This document shows positions 1 through 9,329 of a stretch of DNA of 64,000 nucleotides, piece after piece. The position numbers and the translations under genes were made by a program. The notes below the pieces were generated by a model. That model worked only from the letters and a program-made list of their open reading frames with translations, made no database searches and was not told the DNA's origin. Source of the DNA: Myxococcota bacterium (lineage in GTDB: Bacteria; Myxococcota_A; UBA796; SXON01). Each line of letters starts with the position of its first letter. The first letter of the stretch is position 1. Location of the stretch: the NCBI GenBank assembly GCA_040386535.1, contig JAZKFH010000002.1, positions 219,678-283,677 on the forward strand. The letters run 5' to 3'.

Positions 1-19
1 GCCAGCCCGGTCGGGAGCG

Positions 20-874
20 TCATGGTGCCCAGCTGGCCGCGACGAAGGTGTACGGCGGGAACACGGGCGCGAAGCTGCTCTCCACCCAGGCCTGGGCGCC
101 GACGATCAACGTCGGGACCGTGGGGCCGTTGGCGGGCTTCCAGAACAGCACCGGGCCGACGCGGATGTTGCGATCGCCGCTCTGCGGGGAGGTCTGCCAC
201 ATCCCCAGCGCGCCCACCCACAACTTGCGGTCGTTCGCGGGCACGCCCTCCGCGGCCTTGACCGGCTTGATGAGCTCGAAGAACAGGTACCCGTTGCGAT
301 TGATCACGTCGCCGTCGGCCGAGACGTTGATCATCTCGGTCGGCTCCCAGAACCACTCCAGCTCCTGCCCAAACGCCTCGACGTGGTGGTGGCGGAACTG
401 GAGCTCCAGCATCACGATGACCGGCCCCGCCTTGCCCTTCAGGCGGGTCTCCGCGTCGAAGCGCAGACCCCACCCGCCCGTACGCACCCCGTCCGCGATG
501 AGTTCGCGCTTGTTCGCCTTGGTGGCCTCGAACCCGGGATCGTCGAACGGGAGGATGCTGGAGAAGGCGCCGAAGTACCACGTGCCGTAGGCGCGGAACG
601 TCGCGTCCCAGAACGCCACCGGCGCGATGCGCAGCACGGCGCCACCACGCGGAAACGAGGGCGTGATCTCCGCGTGCCCGGCGAGCGAGACGTACGCGTC
701 GGCGAGCAGGAAGTGGTCGGACTTCCACAACGGCAGCCGCCCCTCGGCCTCGAACACGTACTGGACGCCCTCGGGGAACAAGGCCGCGCCGACCTGGTGG
801 GTGGTGTGCAGCTCGACGGGATCGGCGTGGGCAGTCGCGACGAGCGCGGGCAGGAGCATCCCCGGGAGGATCAC
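20..874 (-). CDS. Secreted hypothetical protein, probable outer-membrane beta-barrel
   Basis: GTG start at 874 overlaps the upstream TGA (GTGA). Signal peptide (ILPGMLLPALVATAHA-D), amphipathic aromatic-rich beta-strands and an aromatic C-terminus (YTFVAASWAP). Confidence 0.6.
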   Translation of the reverse strand: MILPGMLLPALVATAHADPVELHTTHQVGAALFPEGVQYVFEAEGRLPLWKSDHFLLADAYVSLAGHAEITPSFPRGGAVLRIAPVAFWDATFRAYGTWYFGAFSSILPFDDPGFEATKANKRELIADGVRTGGWGLRFDAETRLKGKAGPVIVMLELQFRHHHVEAFGQELEWFWEPTEMINVSADGDVINRNGYLFFELIKPVKAAEGVPANDRKLWVGALGMWQTSPQSGDRNIRVGPVLFWKPANGPTVPTLIVGAQAWVESSFAPVFPPYTFVAASWAP

Positions 875-1503
875 TTGGCGCGGCCCTCGGCGCTCGCCGC
901 CATGTTGACCATGAAGTCGCGCGTGCCGCCCGTGCTGATCCACCGCTGCACGAAATCGGGCATCGCCTGCCCGAAGTTGCTCTCGCACTCGTAGACGAGG
1001 CGGGTCCAGTCCGCGCCGGCCGGGCTAGGGTGCAGCTCGTAGACACCGCGGCTGCCCGCGAGGTCGTTCTCCTGCGCCGTGTCGAGCTCGTGGGAGAGCT
1101 TGCCCCCCGCCACGTCGAGGACGTAGTGGTTGTGGTACCCGATGTCCATCCCGAACTTGGAGATGCGCCACCGCACCCACTGCTCGGTGGCGGTCGACGG
1201 GCGGTAGAATTCGACGCTCTTGACCGCCGGGTTGCTCACCTTTCGGGCCTGGAAATCGAGGAGCGCGCCCCACACCGCGGTCTTCGGGGCGTGGATGTCG
1301 ACGATGGCGAGCACCCGCACGCCCCCCGCCGCGCGGGGCGACAGCGGACGGAGCACGACGTCACGCGCGCGGAGGACGGCCTCCTCCTCGGCGCTCACCG
1401 TCAGGGGCGCGGCGTCGGCCGGGGTGGGCGCGAGCCCGCCGAGCAGCAGGGCGAACAGCAGCGCGAGACGGAGGCGTAGCGGAAATCTGGGGGGACGCGG
1501 CAC
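871..1503 (-). CDS. SRPBCC/START (polyketide cyclase-like) domain protein, secreted
   Basis: Signal peptide, then 'AIVDIHAPKTAVWGALLDF' and a C-terminal 'TRLVYE...MPDFVQRWI' helix typical of the SRPBCC fold. Start uncertain (GTG 1503). Confidence 0.7.
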   Translation of the reverse strand: MPRPPRFPLRLRLALLFALLLGGLAPTPADAAPLTVSAEEEAVLRARDVVLRPLSPRAAGGVRVLAIVDIHAPKTAVWGALLDFQARKVSNPAVKSVEFYRPSTATEQWVRWRISKFGMDIGYHNHYVLDVAGGKLSHELDTAQENDLAGSRGVYELHPSPAGADWTRLVYECESNFGQAMPDFVQRWISTGGTRDFMVNMAASAEGRAK

Positions 1504-1603
1504 GTACGCTCCGACTCGACAGCGGCTGTACACTCGCTGGGGCGGCCCTGTCAATCGATCGATGGAGGCGGCGGCACGCGCCCGTCACTTCAGCGCGTGA
1601 CCG

Positions 1604-2161
1604 TCAGTGCGTTTCGGCCCAGGCGCGGAGCTCTCCCACCAGCGTGCGGGTGCCGGCGCCCTGGAAGGACCGCACCAGGAAGCTCGGCACGCTGCCGCCC
1701 GGATCGTAGAGCAGCTCGTACACGACCTTGCTGCCGGTGGCGGTCGCGGAGACCTCCCACTTCCCGGTGTCGACCACCGTCGGCACGAGCTTGCCGGTGA
1801 TCTTGGACTGGTCGGCCGCCCGGGTCCACGTGTAGCGGGTGCCCCCCGGGATCGCCTCCTGCCCCATCAGGAGCACGATCTCCCGGTCGGAGATGCCCGA
1901 GGCCTCGTGCACCTGGTACACGAGCTCTCCGCCGGCGGTGGGCCCGAGCACGCGGCTCTGGGACACGCTCGCGAAGTAGTCGGCGTGCGCGTTGTTCACC
2001 GCGAGGAGCTTCTGCAGCTCGTCCGCGGCGATCGGCCACTCGCACTCCGCGCGCACCGGGGCGTACGTGCCCTGGCGCTCCCCGGTGAAGAACACGCAGC
2101 CGTTCTCCTCCGCCGTGCGGGTCCAGCCGGCGAAGGCAACCGAGGAGAGGAGGAGCAACAT
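1604..2161 (-). CDS. START/SRPBCC lipid-binding domain protein, secreted
   Basis: Signal peptide MLLLLSSVAFA. START-like motifs 'ISDREIVL', 'GKWEV' and 'VVYELLYDPGGSVPSFLV'. Confidence 0.75.
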   Translation of the reverse strand: MLLLLSSVAFAGWTRTAEENGCVFFTGERQGTYAPVRAECEWPIAADELQKLLAVNNAHADYFASVSQSRVLGPTAGGELVYQVHEASGISDREIVLLMGQEAIPGGTRYTWTRAADQSKITGKLVPTVVDTGKWEVSATATGSKVVYELLYDPGGSVPSFLVRSFQGAGTRTLVGELRAWAETH

Positions 2162-2197
2162 GCCGCGAGTATACGCTGAAGTCGCGCCCGAACGCGC

Positions 2198-3358
2198 CTA
2201 TGCGGCGGCCGCCAGCGCCTTGCGGACGGCGCGCGCGTAGGTGGCGGCGGTGCCGTCCCCCGCCGAGGTCTCCTCCAGGAAGGCCTTCGTGGCGGCGGCG
2301 TTCTTCACGAACCAGCCGATGGCCTCGGGGCGCACCAGGGAGCGGCCCGCCATCTCCAGCATCAACGGGTACATCTCGGGCGCGGCGATGGGCGCCACCT
2401 GCTCGAAGAACCAGCGCTGCGCGTCGGTGGTGCCGAGCTTCGGCCAGTCGCGGGCGTACCGCTCGAGCACGTCCATCCCGCCGAGGAACACCAGCCGTGC
2501 GTCCGGCTCGTACGAGAGGCGGTTGACCGCGACGCGCATGCGGACGAGCACCGAGTCGTCCGCGACGTGGACGTACCAGCGGAGCGCGCGATCGGTGCTG
2601 TTCTCGGCGGCGGCGCCCCCGTTCAGCACGAGGTGGAGCGAGCGCGCGTGCGATGCGCCGGCCCCGCGGAAGCCGTGGCGACGCAGCGACGGCCGGGCCT
2701 CGAAGCAGGACTCGAGCAGCGCCTTCATCCGCACGATCCACGCGTCGTGTTGCGCCTGCGGCACGCGCAACATCAGGAAGCCGAGGTGGAAGGTCACGTG
2801 CGGCGGGAGCGACCACTCGGAGAGCAGCGTGTCGACCGGGAGCGCCTCGAGGACATCGAGGATGGCGCCGCCCACGACATCGGCGCCCACGAGCGCCTCG
2901 AGGAGGAGCACGAAGCTCTCGATTCCCCGGTCGGACACCCCTGGGATGTCCTGGTTCAGGCGGCAGGAGATCAGATCCGATGCCTCGGCCGGCGTGATCG
3001 GACCCGGCTTCCACACGGCCTCCTCCGCCTCGCGACGGAACTCCTGGAAGCCCGGCGCCAGCTCGAAGATCGACGGGAGGCCCCAGGCGCGCACGACCCC
3101 TTGCGCGACCGTTCGCGGCCACGCGAAGCGCAGCGGCGGGTCGGCCATGGCGAGGATGCGCAGGGCGTGGCCCGGCGGATCGTCATCTTCCCGGTGCCCG
3201 TCCATCACAAAACGGATGTGTGGCCAGCCGAGCGCGAAGAGCGCGTCGTAGTCGGGCGACGTGCAGAACCCGGGCCGCACCCGCGCCAGCCCAGCGGCAC
3301 CCCCCCAACGTGGATCCTTCGCGATGTCTCCCGACTCCACCTTGCGCACCGCGGCCAT
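2198..3358 (-). CDS. Hypothetical protein (alpha-helical)
   Basis: Typical GC3-rich coding frame with ATG at 3358 and an upstream GGAGG. No recognised motif. Confidence 0.7.
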   Translation of the reverse strand: MAAVRKVESGDIAKDPRWGGAAGLARVRPGFCTSPDYDALFALGWPHIRFVMDGHREDDDPPGHALRILAMADPPLRFAWPRTVAQGVVRAWGLPSIFELAPGFQEFRREAEEAVWKPGPITPAEASDLISCRLNQDIPGVSDRGIESFVLLLEALVGADVVGGAILDVLEALPVDTLLSEWSLPPHVTFHLGFLMLRVPQAQHDAWIVRMKALLESCFEARPSLRRHGFRGAGASHARSLHLVLNGGAAAENSTDRALRWYVHVADDSVLVRMRVAVNRLSYEPDARLVFLGGMDVLERYARDWPKLGTTDAQRWFFEQVAPIAAPEMYPLMLEMAGRSLVRPEAIGWFVKNAAATKAFLEETSAGDGTAATYARAVRKALAAAA

Positions 3359-3464
3359 CGAGCCTCCCACACCTGCCGACCAAGCTACGCCCGCGACGCG
3401 AGCGCGGCCACCCGATTGTGGGCCGACCGCTCCTGCAAAGGGCATCCGTCCCGCCGACGTCCGA

Positions 3465-5330
3465 TCAGCGCTGTTGCGCGACCGCCTTGACCGGCTTCTT
3501 GTTCTCCTTGTCCAGCCACTTCTGCAGCGGCGCGAAGTACGCCACCATTGCGCGCGTGGAGAGCTTCTCGCCAGTGGCCTCCTCGAGCACCTCGCGCCAG
3601 TCCCGGGTGGCGCCCTGCTCCAGGATTCCCTTGAGGAAAGCCCCTACTTCCTTGTTTCCATAGTAGTTGCACATGTGCGGATCCTGCTTCAGGATCTTCG
3701 TCGCGATGTGCTCGTGCAGCTGGTACTTGATGACCGTCGCGATGGCGTAGTCGTAGTACTGGCCGGGATCGTCGATGATGTGGGTCTTGGTGCAGGCGTC
3801 GCACAGGGTGGGATCGGTGAGGCGCTCCGGCGAGGGCGGGGCCACCTTCTGGTACTGGCCCGCGAGCGCCCACCACCGCGCCTGCCACTGCTCGGGCGGA
3901 AGGTCCTTCTCGTAGAGCTCGTACTCGAAGTGGGTCATCACGCCGGCCGACCACGGGATGAACGCCACGGTCTGCTCGAGCGCGGAGGCGAGCATCGCCT
4001 GGGTCGGGTCGATCTTCGCCTTCTTGGGGAGGATGCCGCGCTGTTGGAGGTAGGGCACCTGCCCGGCCGCGAGGCTCGCGAGCTCACCGACGCCCTCGTG
4101 GAACGCGCGGTTGGCGCCCTCGCGCAGGGTGGGCGGCACCTCGGGGCGGGTGTACGCCAGATCGTAGTAGATGTGCCCGAGCTCGTGGTGCGACGTGAAG
4201 AACCACTGGCTGTCGGCCTCGACGCTCATGAGCGAGCGAACGTCGCGGTTCAGATCCATGTGCCACGCGGACGCGTGCGCGTTCTTCAGCCGTGTCTGCC
4301 CTTCGGGCACCGGGTAGAGGTCGGACTTCTCCCAGAACACGGGCGGCAAGGGCTCGAACCCCATCGACACGTAGAACGCCTCGGCGTCCTTCACGATCGA
4401 CTCGCGCGTGCGCCCGACGAAGTACGGATCGAGGTCCGTCGCGGTGACGAGCCCGCTCCACTCCTGTGCCCAGCGGTTCGGGTACCAGTGGGCCGGCAGC
4501 GGCCCCGCCGGGAGGGGCTGCCCGTAGCGCGCCGCGAGCTGGCGGGAGGCCCAGGTGTGGACCGCGCCGTAGAGCGGCGCCATGTCGGTGTTGAAGCCGT
4601 CCAGCAGCGTGATCATCTCGTCGGACGTGAGCCCGTAGCCGGCGCTCTGCAGCCCGAAGAACGAGCTGTAGCCCATCTCCCGGGCCACCTGGTTGCGCAG
4701 CTTCTGCAGCGTGACGAGGCCCGGCTTCAGCGGCACGCCGATCTGTTTGGAGGCCTCCCACACCTTGAGCCGCTCCGACAGGTCGCGCGATTCGAGCAGC
4801 ACCTTGTCCACGTCGTTCGCGGTCTTGCCGTCGGGACACGCGCCGTCCGGCCCGCGCGGCGTGAAGCAGAACACGTAGCCGTCCTGCACCGCGGCCATCC
4901 GGCTCTCCTCCGCGATGCGGGCGTTGACCACCTCGGAGAGCGTGCCGGGCGCGTCCCCCGCACGCAGGAGGATGGACTCGAGCTGCCGCACCTGGAGCGG
5001 GTCGAGCTCGGCCCGGCGCTTCAACAGGGCCTGCGTGCGCTCGATGATGGCGAGATCTCCGACGAAGGCCGCGAAGGACTGGTTCGCGGCGGTGCGCCCG
5101 CCCTCGGTGGCCGGCCCCACGTTCGTGGAGGCCGCCCAGCTGGCCTCGGACGACACGGTGGCCTGTCCGACGTAGAGCGAGTTGTAGAGGGTGAGGAACG
5201 CGGCGGCGTCCGCCTTGACGTCGCCCGCGGGCGCGGGAACGGCGGGCGCGGGAGCGTCGGGAGCGGGCGCGGCGGCGAAGGCCGGCGAGGTGGCGCCGAG
5301 CGCGAGGACCAGGAGCGGGATCGAGAACAA
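3465..5330 (-). CDS. Peptidase M2 family (peptidyl-dipeptidase A / ACE-like zinc metallopeptidase), secreted
   Basis: HHELGH zinc motif followed by 'GANRAFHEGVGE', plus 'HASAW'. TTG at 5330 gives signal peptide MFSIPLLVLALGATSPAFA. Confidence 0.92.
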   Translation of the reverse strand: MFSIPLLVLALGATSPAFAAAPAPDAPAPAVPAPAGDVKADAAAFLTLYNSLYVGQATVSSEASWAASTNVGPATEGGRTAANQSFAAFVGDLAIIERTQALLKRRAELDPLQVRQLESILLRAGDAPGTLSEVVNARIAEESRMAAVQDGYVFCFTPRGPDGACPDGKTANDVDKVLLESRDLSERLKVWEASKQIGVPLKPGLVTLQKLRNQVAREMGYSSFFGLQSAGYGLTSDEMITLLDGFNTDMAPLYGAVHTWASRQLAARYGQPLPAGPLPAHWYPNRWAQEWSGLVTATDLDPYFVGRTRESIVKDAEAFYVSMGFEPLPPVFWEKSDLYPVPEGQTRLKNAHASAWHMDLNRDVRSLMSVEADSQWFFTSHHELGHIYYDLAYTRPEVPPTLREGANRAFHEGVGELASLAAGQVPYLQQRGILPKKAKIDPTQAMLASALEQTVAFIPWSAGVMTHFEYELYEKDLPPEQWQARWWALAGQYQKVAPPSPERLTDPTLCDACTKTHIIDDPGQYYDYAIATVIKYQLHEHIATKILKQDPHMCNYYGNKEVGAFLKGILEQGATRDWREVLEEATGEKLSTRAMVAYFAPLQKWLDKENKKPVKAVAQQR

Positions 5331-5358
5331 CGGCAGCCTCGGAGGGAGCGGGAGTGTA

Positions 5359-6939
5359 CTACCCGCCCACGTACCGCGGGAGCTCGATCCAGAAGGTCGA
5401 CCCGACGCCGGGCGCGGTCTCGACTCCGACCATGCCGCCGTGCCCCTCGATGATGAACCGGCTGATCGCGAGGCCGAGCCCGGCGCCGGCGCGGGTGCGG
5501 GCATCGGAACCGTCGACCGTCTGGAAGGGCAGGAAGAGGTAACGCACCTCGTCTTCCGACAACCCGCGGCCCTCGTCGGTGACGGCGAAGCGCACGCCGC
5601 CGGTGGCGCTCGTGGTCACCATGACCTCGACCACGCCGCCGGAGGGCGAGAACTTCACGGCGTTGGACAGGAGGTTCGTCAGGGCCTGCGCGAGGCGCTC
5701 GCGATCCCCGCGGATCTGGCCACGATCGTTCCCCACCCGCTCGACCCGCACCCCGGCGGCGCGCGCGGCGGCGTGCACCGCGTGTGTCGCCAGGTCGACG
5801 AGCTCCGAGACGCCCATGGGCTCGTGGCGGAGCGGCATCAGCCCGCCCCGCAGCCGCTCGAGATCGAGGATGTCGTTGACCAGGCGGCCGAGGCGCTCGG
5901 TGCCCTCCCGCGCGATGCCGACGAGGCGCAGCGCGTTGTCGGGGAGCCGGCCGGCGACCCCGCCCTCCAGCAGGCCCACGGCGCCGCGGATGGCGGCGAG
6001 GGGCGTCCGCAGCTCGTGGGACACGCTCGCCATGAATTCGGCCTTCAGGCGCGGCAGGCCCCGGCGTTCGGTCACGTCCTCGACGGCGACGCCGAGGTGC
6101 CCGCCCGGGAGCCGGAAGATCCGCACGGCGTGTTCGGGGCGCGCGCCGTTTCCGACGGAGAGGGTGAGATCGAGGTCCTCGGCCACGCCGGTGCGCGCCA
6201 CGCGCATGCACCGCTCGCCGATGCCGTGGGGCCGCGCCCAGGGGAAGTAGTCGAGCGAGTGGCCCAGCAGGTGGGAGATGGGGTCCCGGCTGAGTCGGCA
6301 GGCGGCCACGTTGGCCCCCACCATCCGCCACCGCGCTTCGTCGTCGAGCGGCATCTGCTCGCCCGCCGTCGGCTCGGGTGCGCGCCGGAGGAGGAAAACG
6401 GCGATGGGAAGCCCCATGATCGCCTCTTTCCACGCCTCGTCCCGCTCGGCCGCCAACGTGATCATGGTGGCGGCCTGGCGGGCCACGGAGGCCACGGCGT
6501 CGAGCCGATCGTCCGGGAAGAAGCGGGCCATCGTGTCCGCGAGCTCGAGCGAGCCGAGCACCACGCCGCCGGTGCCGAGGAGCGGGAACCGGGCCCACGA
6601 GCGCAGGTAGGGCGGGCCGAGCACCGCGGGATGGTTCGCGAGGCGGCGGTCGAGCGACGCGTCGGGGACGACCACGGACAGGTCGGTGCAGCCCGACCCG
6701 ACGTCGTGCTCGGGTACGTCCATGGGGCCCGCGTGGCCGATACACATCCCGGAGGCGTCCCGTAGCCACGCGGAGGTTCCGGCCAACATCCCCGCGATGC
6801 GCGCGAGGTCGTCGAAGGGCCTCGCCGGATCGGCGCCGAGCGGCTCTGGGACCTGGGCGTCGACCGGCACCGCGCTGGACAGCGACGCGTCGAGCGCCCC
6901 CATCGACCAACCCGTGCCCAAACTCGCCAGACCCGTCAT
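5359..6939 (-). CDS. GAF-containing sensor histidine kinase
   Basis: H-box 'SVSHELRTPL', N-box 'NLLSNAVKFS', G1 'DEGRG', G2 'GAGLGL'. N-terminal GAF-like region ('FDDLARIA...VVPDASLD'). GGAG RBS before ATG 6939. Confidence 0.92.
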   Translation of the reverse strand: MTGLASLGTGWSMGALDASLSSAVPVDAQVPEPLGADPARPFDDLARIAGMLAGTSAWLRDASGMCIGHAGPMDVPEHDVGSGCTDLSVVVPDASLDRRLANHPAVLGPPYLRSWARFPLLGTGGVVLGSLELADTMARFFPDDRLDAVASVARQAATMITLAAERDEAWKEAIMGLPIAVFLLRRAPEPTAGEQMPLDDEARWRMVGANVAACRLSRDPISHLLGHSLDYFPWARPHGIGERCMRVARTGVAEDLDLTLSVGNGARPEHAVRIFRLPGGHLGVAVEDVTERRGLPRLKAEFMASVSHELRTPLAAIRGAVGLLEGGVAGRLPDNALRLVGIAREGTERLGRLVNDILDLERLRGGLMPLRHEPMGVSELVDLATHAVHAAARAAGVRVERVGNDRGQIRGDRERLAQALTNLLSNAVKFSPSGGVVEVMVTTSATGGVRFAVTDEGRGLSEDEVRYLFLPFQTVDGSDARTRAGAGLGLAISRFIIEGHGGMVGVETAPGVGSTFWIELPRYVGG

Positions 6940-6987
6940 CCGCTCTCCGTTGGAGCCGCCCGCGGGACGACTCGACAGGAAACACCA

Positions 6988-7004
6988 TGCAAGGTGCGTG
7001 CCGG
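6988..7004 (-). promoter_or_regulatory. Sigma-54 (-24/-12) promoter of the histidine kinase gene
   Basis: Minus strand reads CCGGCACGCACCTTGCA: GG-N10-GC with near-consensus GGCACG/TTGCA. Intergenic, about 50 bp upstream of the ATG. Confidence 0.7.
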
Positions 7005-7038
7005 AAATGACCGATGAAACCGTATCAGGACGATACGC

Positions 7039-7473
7039 TCACAGTTGTTGCTGCGTCATCATCGTGAACTCGGCCGTCACGCGGTCGGACAGGAACGCCG
7101 AGATGCCCACGATGGGCTCGTACGGGTACTGGACGTGAACGCGCACGAACATCTGCCCGTCGATGTCCACCCAGTCCGCCAGGACCTCACATCCGGCGCC
7201 GCACGGGCTGCCCGCCTCGGCGAGGAGGAGCTCCACGTGCTCGATGGACTCGTCCTCGATGAGATCGCCCGTCGGGGTGGCGCCTTCGATGACCGTCGAC
7301 CCGATGCGGGCGCCGTCACGGGCGGCGCGGGACGCGAGCTGCACGACGGACACGAACGACGACAGGTCGACGATCCCGGCGACGATGAGCACGAAGATGG
7401 GCAGGCACAGCGCGAACTCGACGGCGGCGCTGCCACGGCGGAGGGAGCTGCGGGGGGTGCGGGCGAGGGTCAT
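7039..7473 (-). CDS. tadE: TadE-like Flp pilus pseudopilin
   Basis: 'RRGSAAVEFALCLPIFVLIVAGIVDL...AARDGARIG'. ATGA overlap with the upstream gene. Confidence 0.85.
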   Translation of the reverse strand: MTLARTPRSSLRRGSAAVEFALCLPIFVLIVAGIVDLSSFVSVVQLASRAARDGARIGSTVIEGATPTGDLIEDESIEHVELLLAEAGSPCGAGCEVLADWVDIDGQMFVRVHVQYPYEPIVGISAFLSDRVTAEFTMMTQQQL

Positions 7474-7922
7474 CGTTGCCACTCCATCCGGACGACGATG
7501 GTGGACTCGATCGGGAACGAGCTCATGATCAGGGGGGTGAGCGGCCGGAACTCGCGGACCACGGTGCAGCCCAGGCTGCGGCCGGGATCGGTGCCGAAGG
7601 AGGTCACGGTCACGGTGCAGTCCTCGTTGCAGGGCGCGGCGGTGCTCGCCAGCGCGGCGAGGATGCCGTCGCGCGCGCCCTCCTCGAGCTCGTTCCACAG
7701 CGCGTCGTCCTCGCCCGGGTCGAGCAGGGCGCCGACGCGGCAGCCGATCGCCGCCGAGCTGGACAGGGCCGACCGTTGGAACGCCAGCCAGGCGAGGTCC
7801 ATCACGGCGGAGACGAGGAGCACGAACACGGGCAGGATGAGCGCGAACTCGAGCGCCGAGGTGCCGCGCCGCCCGGCGCGCCGAAGGGATGGGGGAACGG
7901 ACCGAGGAGGGGTGGAGCTCAT
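7470..7922 (-). CDS. tadE: TadE-like Flp pilus pseudopilin
   Basis: 'RRGTSALEFALILPVFVLLVSAVMDL'. ATGA overlap with the upstream gene. Confidence 0.85.
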   Translation of the reverse strand: MSSTPPRSVPPSLRRAGRRGTSALEFALILPVFVLLVSAVMDLAWLAFQRSALSSSAAIGCRVGALLDPGEDDALWNELEEGARDGILAALASTAAPCNEDCTVTVTSFGTDPGRSLGCTVVREFRPLTPLIMSSFPIESTIVVRMEWQR

Positions 7923-9196
7923 TGGACGATCGCCATCGGCAGCGAGTTGGCAATGTCCTCGAAGATGGGGACGAGCGCCGCGGAGTCGCTGGTGTTGGTG
8001 TAGTAGCCGATGCCCTTCGGCATCGTGCCCATGAACGCCTCGTGCGCGACGAACGACACGACCCAGGTGTTCACGCCCAGATCGTCGTACATGTCCTGCG
8101 TCAGGGCGTTCGAGCCGGTCCGGATCTGGGCCGTGGAGTGCGGCACGGTCCCCTGGAACTCCCGCCAGCGGGTCTCGGTGTAGGCCTGCTGCCGCCGGTA
8201 CAGACCGTGGGCCGCGGCAGGCCCGTTGGGCTTGCCGTCCGTCAGGACGACCATCGCCCGGAACGCGGTCGGATCGACCTGCTCCTCGAACATCGTGCGC
8301 GCCTGCGTGATGCCGGTCGTGTGGTCGGTGCCGGCCTCGTCCGTGTACTCGCGCGGCATCGCGGGGTAGCAGCCCCCCGCCGGAGCGGTCGTGAAGTTGT
8401 TCCGCGCGCTGAGCCTTCCGACCGGGGTGTCGGCCCGCAACGAGCACTCGTTCGGGTAGGCCCTGCCGGTGCCGCCCTTGCTCGCGACGTTGAGCCGGCC
8501 CCACGCGGTCCGCGCCGCGCCGTCGTCCGCCTCGTCGGCGAAGTAGCGCATGGGCGTGTATTCCCAGGCGTAGCGGCCCGAGAAGACGCTCATGCCGATC
8601 ATGTCGAACTCCTGGTAGCTCGAGCCGAGCGTGTCCAGGAAGGCGACCGAGGCCGCGCGCGCGTTCCGGAAGTCGGTCTGGGTCCACGACCCGGTGATGT
8701 CCATCACCAGCACCACGTGGAGCGAGCGCGTGGCGGACGTGGCCTCCCGCGTGATGTGGGCCGCGTCGAACCCGAAGAGACGCGCGAGGAAGAGGCTGAC
8801 GCCGTTGTCCCCCGTGCGCGAGACGATCGCCCGGACCGCGTTCGGGCTGTCCTCGGTGGCGGTGAAGACCTTCGGGATCGCGTTGTGGTCCCACGTGCCG
8901 AACACCACGTCCTCCAGGACCGGCTCGGCCCCCACCACGCGGTTCTCCCGGACGATGGCCGCGGCGGCCGCACGGGCGTCGGCCAGGTCACCCGTGCGGC
9001 GCAGCCGGTAGAGCGCCGCTTGCGACGCGGCGTCGGCGATGTCCTGGGTTTGCATCTGGGCGAGGCGCACGTAGGCTACGTCGATCGCCATGGCGCCGAA
9101 GCCGAGCAGCACGACCACAGCGAAGGCGAACAGGATCGCGTAAGAACCCTTGCGGCCCTCCTCGCTCGTGTCTGGTCCGGGAGGGGCGGTTCGCAT
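7919..9196 (-). CDS. tadG: TadG-like pilus protein with VWA domain
   Basis: 'RKGSYAILFAF..LLGFGAMAIDVA..QTQDIADAAS' Tad N-terminus. VWA MIDAS-like 'VLVMDITGSW' and 'VVLTDGKPN'. Confidence 0.85.
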   Translation of the reverse strand: MRTAPPGPDTSEEGRKGSYAILFAFAVVVLLGFGAMAIDVAYVRLAQMQTQDIADAASQAALYRLRRTGDLADARAAAAAIVRENRVVGAEPVLEDVVFGTWDHNAIPKVFTATEDSPNAVRAIVSRTGDNGVSLFLARLFGFDAAHITREATSATRSLHVVLVMDITGSWTQTDFRNARAASVAFLDTLGSSYQEFDMIGMSVFSGRYAWEYTPMRYFADEADDGAARTAWGRLNVASKGGTGRAYPNECSLRADTPVGRLSARNNFTTAPAGGCYPAMPREYTDEAGTDHTTGITQARTMFEEQVDPTAFRAMVVLTDGKPNGPAAAHGLYRRQQAYTETRWREFQGTVPHSTAQIRTGSNALTQDMYDDLGVNTWVVSFVAHEAFMGTMPKGIGYYTNTSDSAALVPIFEDIANSLPMAIVQ

Positions 9197-9329
9197 CACA
9201 ACCTCAGCGGCGAGCCCAAGCATACCACCGCCTGCCGACGCCGATGCCGCCTATCACTTTCAACCCACTGTCGCGCGCGGATGAGTTCGGCCGCTGGCCC
9301 CAGGCCACGCGAGCGAGTACGTCGCGGAG

